A DNA stretch of 64,000 nucleotides from a virus. Taxonomy: Duplodnaviria; Caudoviricetes. The notes below the pieces were generated by a model that was not told the DNA's origin, did no database searches, and saw nothing but the letters and a program-made list of their open reading frames with translations. Below, piece by piece: positions 61,550 to 64,000 of the stretch; within the stretch, counting starts at the first letter, position 1, and each line of letters opens with the position of its first letter. Location of the stretch: positions 32,001 through 96,000 of the IMG/VR virus record IMGVR_UViG_3300021400_001327. One strand, given 5' to 3'. Both the position numbers and the translations under genes were made by a program.

Positions 61550-63547
61550 ATAGATACTGATCTTATTGACACCGATAGGCCAAGAGTGTTCCAACATATC
61601 ATCCAGAAGTTCGGCGAACGCAAGACCGCCCGTGTTTCGGCTTATGGCACGGTCGCCGATAAAGGCGCGATTGACGATATCTGCCGTGGCCTGAAGACGC
61701 GCTGGGTGACAGATAACAGAAAAGACCTAAACCCCAAGACATTCAAAGATGAGATGATTCCAGAGTGCCCGTTCACACTAAAAGCGGCGGACAAAATCAA
61801 GGACGAGTATATGAGCAATCCGACAGCCGCCAGACAGAAATATCCCGATGTCTTCTACTACTTCGATGGCACAGTCAACACCATCGTCAGCCAGTCCATT
61901 CACGCAGCAGGCATCGTTATTTCTCCAGTAACATTGGACGATAACTACGGCACGTTCTACAACTCTGGTGAGCACTGCCTCCTGCTCGATATGGAAGAGG
62001 CTCACGACGTAGGTATGTGCAAGTACGACATGCTGATTCTAACAAACGTTAAAATCATTGCGGACACATATAAGGCGCTGGGCAAACCGTTCCCCAAAAC
62101 GCACGAAATTGACTTCAATGATCAGGCTGTATGGAAAGATATGAGGCGAAGCCCCTACGGCATCTTTCAAATGGAGAGCTCGCTGGGATACAACTCCCTG
62201 CGCAAGATGAAACCGACCAGCGTCAAAGAGATGGCGTTGTTGACTGCATCAATTCGTCCGTCCGGCGCGTCGTACAGGGATGACGTATTCGCCCGTAAGG
62301 TACACGCCAACCCCACCAAGGAGATGGACGAACTCTTCAAAGACAACTTTGGCTTCTGCGTCTATCAGGAAGACATCCTGCGTGCTCTGATCGAGCTTTG
62401 CGGCTTCAGCGGCAGTCAAGCAGACACAGTGCGGCGGGATATCGCAAAGAAGAATCCAGAGAAGGTCGCCAAGGATATTGTGCTGATCAAGCAGGGGTAT
62501 ATCGAACGCTCCAATAAACCAAGGGAAGAGGCTGAACGCGATGTGGCAGACCTGCTTCAGGTCATTCAGGACGCCAGTGGATACTCTTTTAATAGCTCGC
62601 ATGCAGTCGCATATTCCATTGTGGGCTTCATGTGCGCCTATTGCCGCCACTACCACCCGCTTGAGTTCTGCACGGCCTACCTCAACGGCGCCAAGTCGCA
62701 GGAAGACATCTACCACGGAACCGTCCTCGCCCAGCTTTACGGCATCAACATCCAGCCGCCGACCTTCGGCCACTCCGGCGACGAGTACACATTCGACAGA
62801 GCGACCAACACCATTTATCAGGGGCTCGACTCGGTCAAAGATATGGAGTCTGGCGTTGGCCAACGCATGGCCGAGCTTGAGAAGACCGCGCCAACAGACT
62901 CTGCGGTCGACCTGTTCCGTTATCTCAAGAGTAACGGTATCGGCAACAAACAGCTTGAGATACTCATAGACATCGGGTTTTTTGCCAATTTCGGCAATGT
63001 CAGGAAGTTGCAGAAAATCCTTGAAAACGCTATCGCTCTCAAGTGGGGAGATATGACATGGCTCGCGCACGAAAAACTCCCGAGGTTTAGCTTTGAAGCC
63101 GGTGCGCTCTCCGCCTATGCAGAGCGCAGGACAGAGAAGAACTGGAAGGTCAAAGACGGCGCTGGCCTGTTACGGTATATGGGGCGCATCGTCGACGATC
63201 AGAACGTACAGGACGAACCGTTGTCCGAGAAGTTTAGCAAGTGGATGAACTACCTTGGTTATATCCCGGCGATGGGCGCGGACTTCAGGGCAAAGATGTA
63301 TGTCTCAACCGACCCGAGAGAACTCAGGTCCAAGAAGACGGGTAAGGTATGGGCGCACTGCATATCGGCAATTTCGCTGAGAACTGCCGAAATGCATGAA
63401 TGGCTGATACCGAGCGGCTTCTACATCAACAAGCTTAAGAAGGGAGACGTGATCCAGGTCGTCGGCGGGCGCGAAGGATTCAGCGTTGGTGATTATAACG
63501 GTATGCCGACATATCGCCTGTATAACTACAAGGTAACCAATGTTTAA
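61550..63547 (+). CDS. dnaE: DNA polymerase III alpha subunit, exon 2
   Basis: IDTD, HAAG, KYD.L, GIFQ.ES, YQE, YSFN.SHA.AYS; spliced product 1056 aa. Confidence 0.92.
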   Translation: MDTDLIDTDRPRVFQHIIQKFGERKTARVSAYGTVADKGAIDDICRGLKTRWVTDNRKDLNPKTFKDEMIPECPFTLKAADKIKDEYMSNPTAARQKYPDVFYYFDGTVNTIVSQSIHAAGIVISPVTLDDNYGTFYNSGEHCLLLDMEEAHDVGMCKYDMLILTNVKIIADTYKALGKPFPKTHEIDFNDQAVWKDMRRSPYGIFQMESSLGYNSLRKMKPTSVKEMALLTASIRPSGASYRDDVFARKVHANPTKEMDELFKDNFGFCVYQEDILRALIELCGFSGSQADTVRRDIAKKNPEKVAKDIVLIKQGYIERSNKPREEAERDVADLLQVIQDASGYSFNSSHAVAYSIVGFMCAYCRHYHPLEFCTAYLNGAKSQEDIYHGTVLAQLYGINIQPPTFGHSGDEYTFDRATNTIYQGLDSVKDMESGVGQRMAELEKTAPTDSAVDLFRYLKSNGIGNKQLEILIDIGFFANFGNVRKLQKILENAIALKWGDMTWLAHEKLPRFSFEAGALSAYAERRTEKNWKVKDGAGLLRYMGRIVDDQNVQDEPLSEKFSKWMNYLGYIPAMGADFRAKMYVSTDPRELRSKKTGKVWAHCISAISLRTAEMHEWLIPSGFYINKLKKGDVIQVVGGREGFSVGDYNGMPTYRLYNYKVTNV

Positions 63548-63556
63548 GGAGGGCTT

Positions 63557-63964
63557 ATGAAAACACTGACGCGCATTGTATCAGCAACACTGTTGTTTTC
63601 TTTGGTTTGTCTGGCGCTATTGCTCTGCTTCGGTTACCGCACAGCTGTTTCCGATAGCATCACATCAGACACAATCAAGCCAGACCCGTCCATCGTCCTG
63701 CTTGAACCCACGCCGACCCCTGTCCCGAAGACTGTGCTGATCTTCTGCTCGCGCCAGCCCACTATGATGACAGGCGACCCCGTCAGGCTGACGTCAAAGC
63801 TGACTGGCTTTGATGGCCTGAGCGTGAGCTACCAATGGCAGTGTGACAAAGGCGGCGGATTTGAGGACGTGGCTGGGGCGACAAGCGATTCCTATACGTT
63901 TCCAGCCACAAGTGAGACCCTTGGCTGGTCATGGCGGCTGGTGGTCACATATAACACCGATTAA
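63557..63964 (+). CDS. Secreted/membrane-anchored protein with Ig-like domain
   Basis: Hydrophobic N-terminus, PTPTP linker, SYQWQ..GAT...Y. Confidence 0.6.
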   Translation: MKTLTRIVSATLLFSLVCLALLLCFGYRTAVSDSITSDTIKPDPSIVLLEPTPTPVPKTVLIFCSRQPTMMTGDPVRLTSKLTGFDGLSVSYQWQCDKGGGFEDVAGATSDSYTFPATSETLGWSWRLVVTYNTD

Positions 63965-64000
63965 CGATTGACAGGAGATGGTGCCAGTGCAGACGCGAAG

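Overview
The whole window looks like part of one large tailed-phage (pro)genome with SPbeta-like architecture, probably from a Bacillota/Clostridia host (sigmaA-type promoters, AGGAG/GGAGG RBSs). The left arm (1-29.0 kb, minus strand) carries tail fibre and tail genes, RecU, major tail, head genes, portal, terminase, a phosphoesterase, PhoH, ClpP and a YonO-type single-subunit RNA polymerase. It continues with small genes, an AT-rich repeat region (candidate origin) and a tyrosine recombinase. The right arm (29.2-64 kb, plus strand) starts with a ~450-nt structured non-coding leader, followed by roughly 60 small accessory genes, a fragmented C5 DNA methyltransferase locus, a lysozyme and an RNA-ligase-like gene. 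It ends in a replication module (ParB, ERF, SSB, PD-(D/E)XK nuclease, primase-helicase, DnaE). Three group I introns can be mapped to the base (major tail, RNAP catalytic DFD^GD, DnaE catalytic GD^IDTD). The most unusual signals are five. (1) Two homologous ~100-bp sites in inverted orientation beside the recombinase bracket the origin-like region and a promoter pointing at the RNAP operon, a candidate inversion switch. (2) A CGGA motif becomes abruptly and strand-specifically enriched from 31.8 kb. (3) The methyltransferase locus uses three overlapping frames, with an HNH gene overprinted inside it and a 4-nt stop insertion at the catalytic Cys. (4) Two arrays of mini-genes are delimited by conserved junction motifs. 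(5) An unclassified large structured RNA sits at the divergence point. All family assignments are by motif recognition; no database search was run and all counts are by hand.
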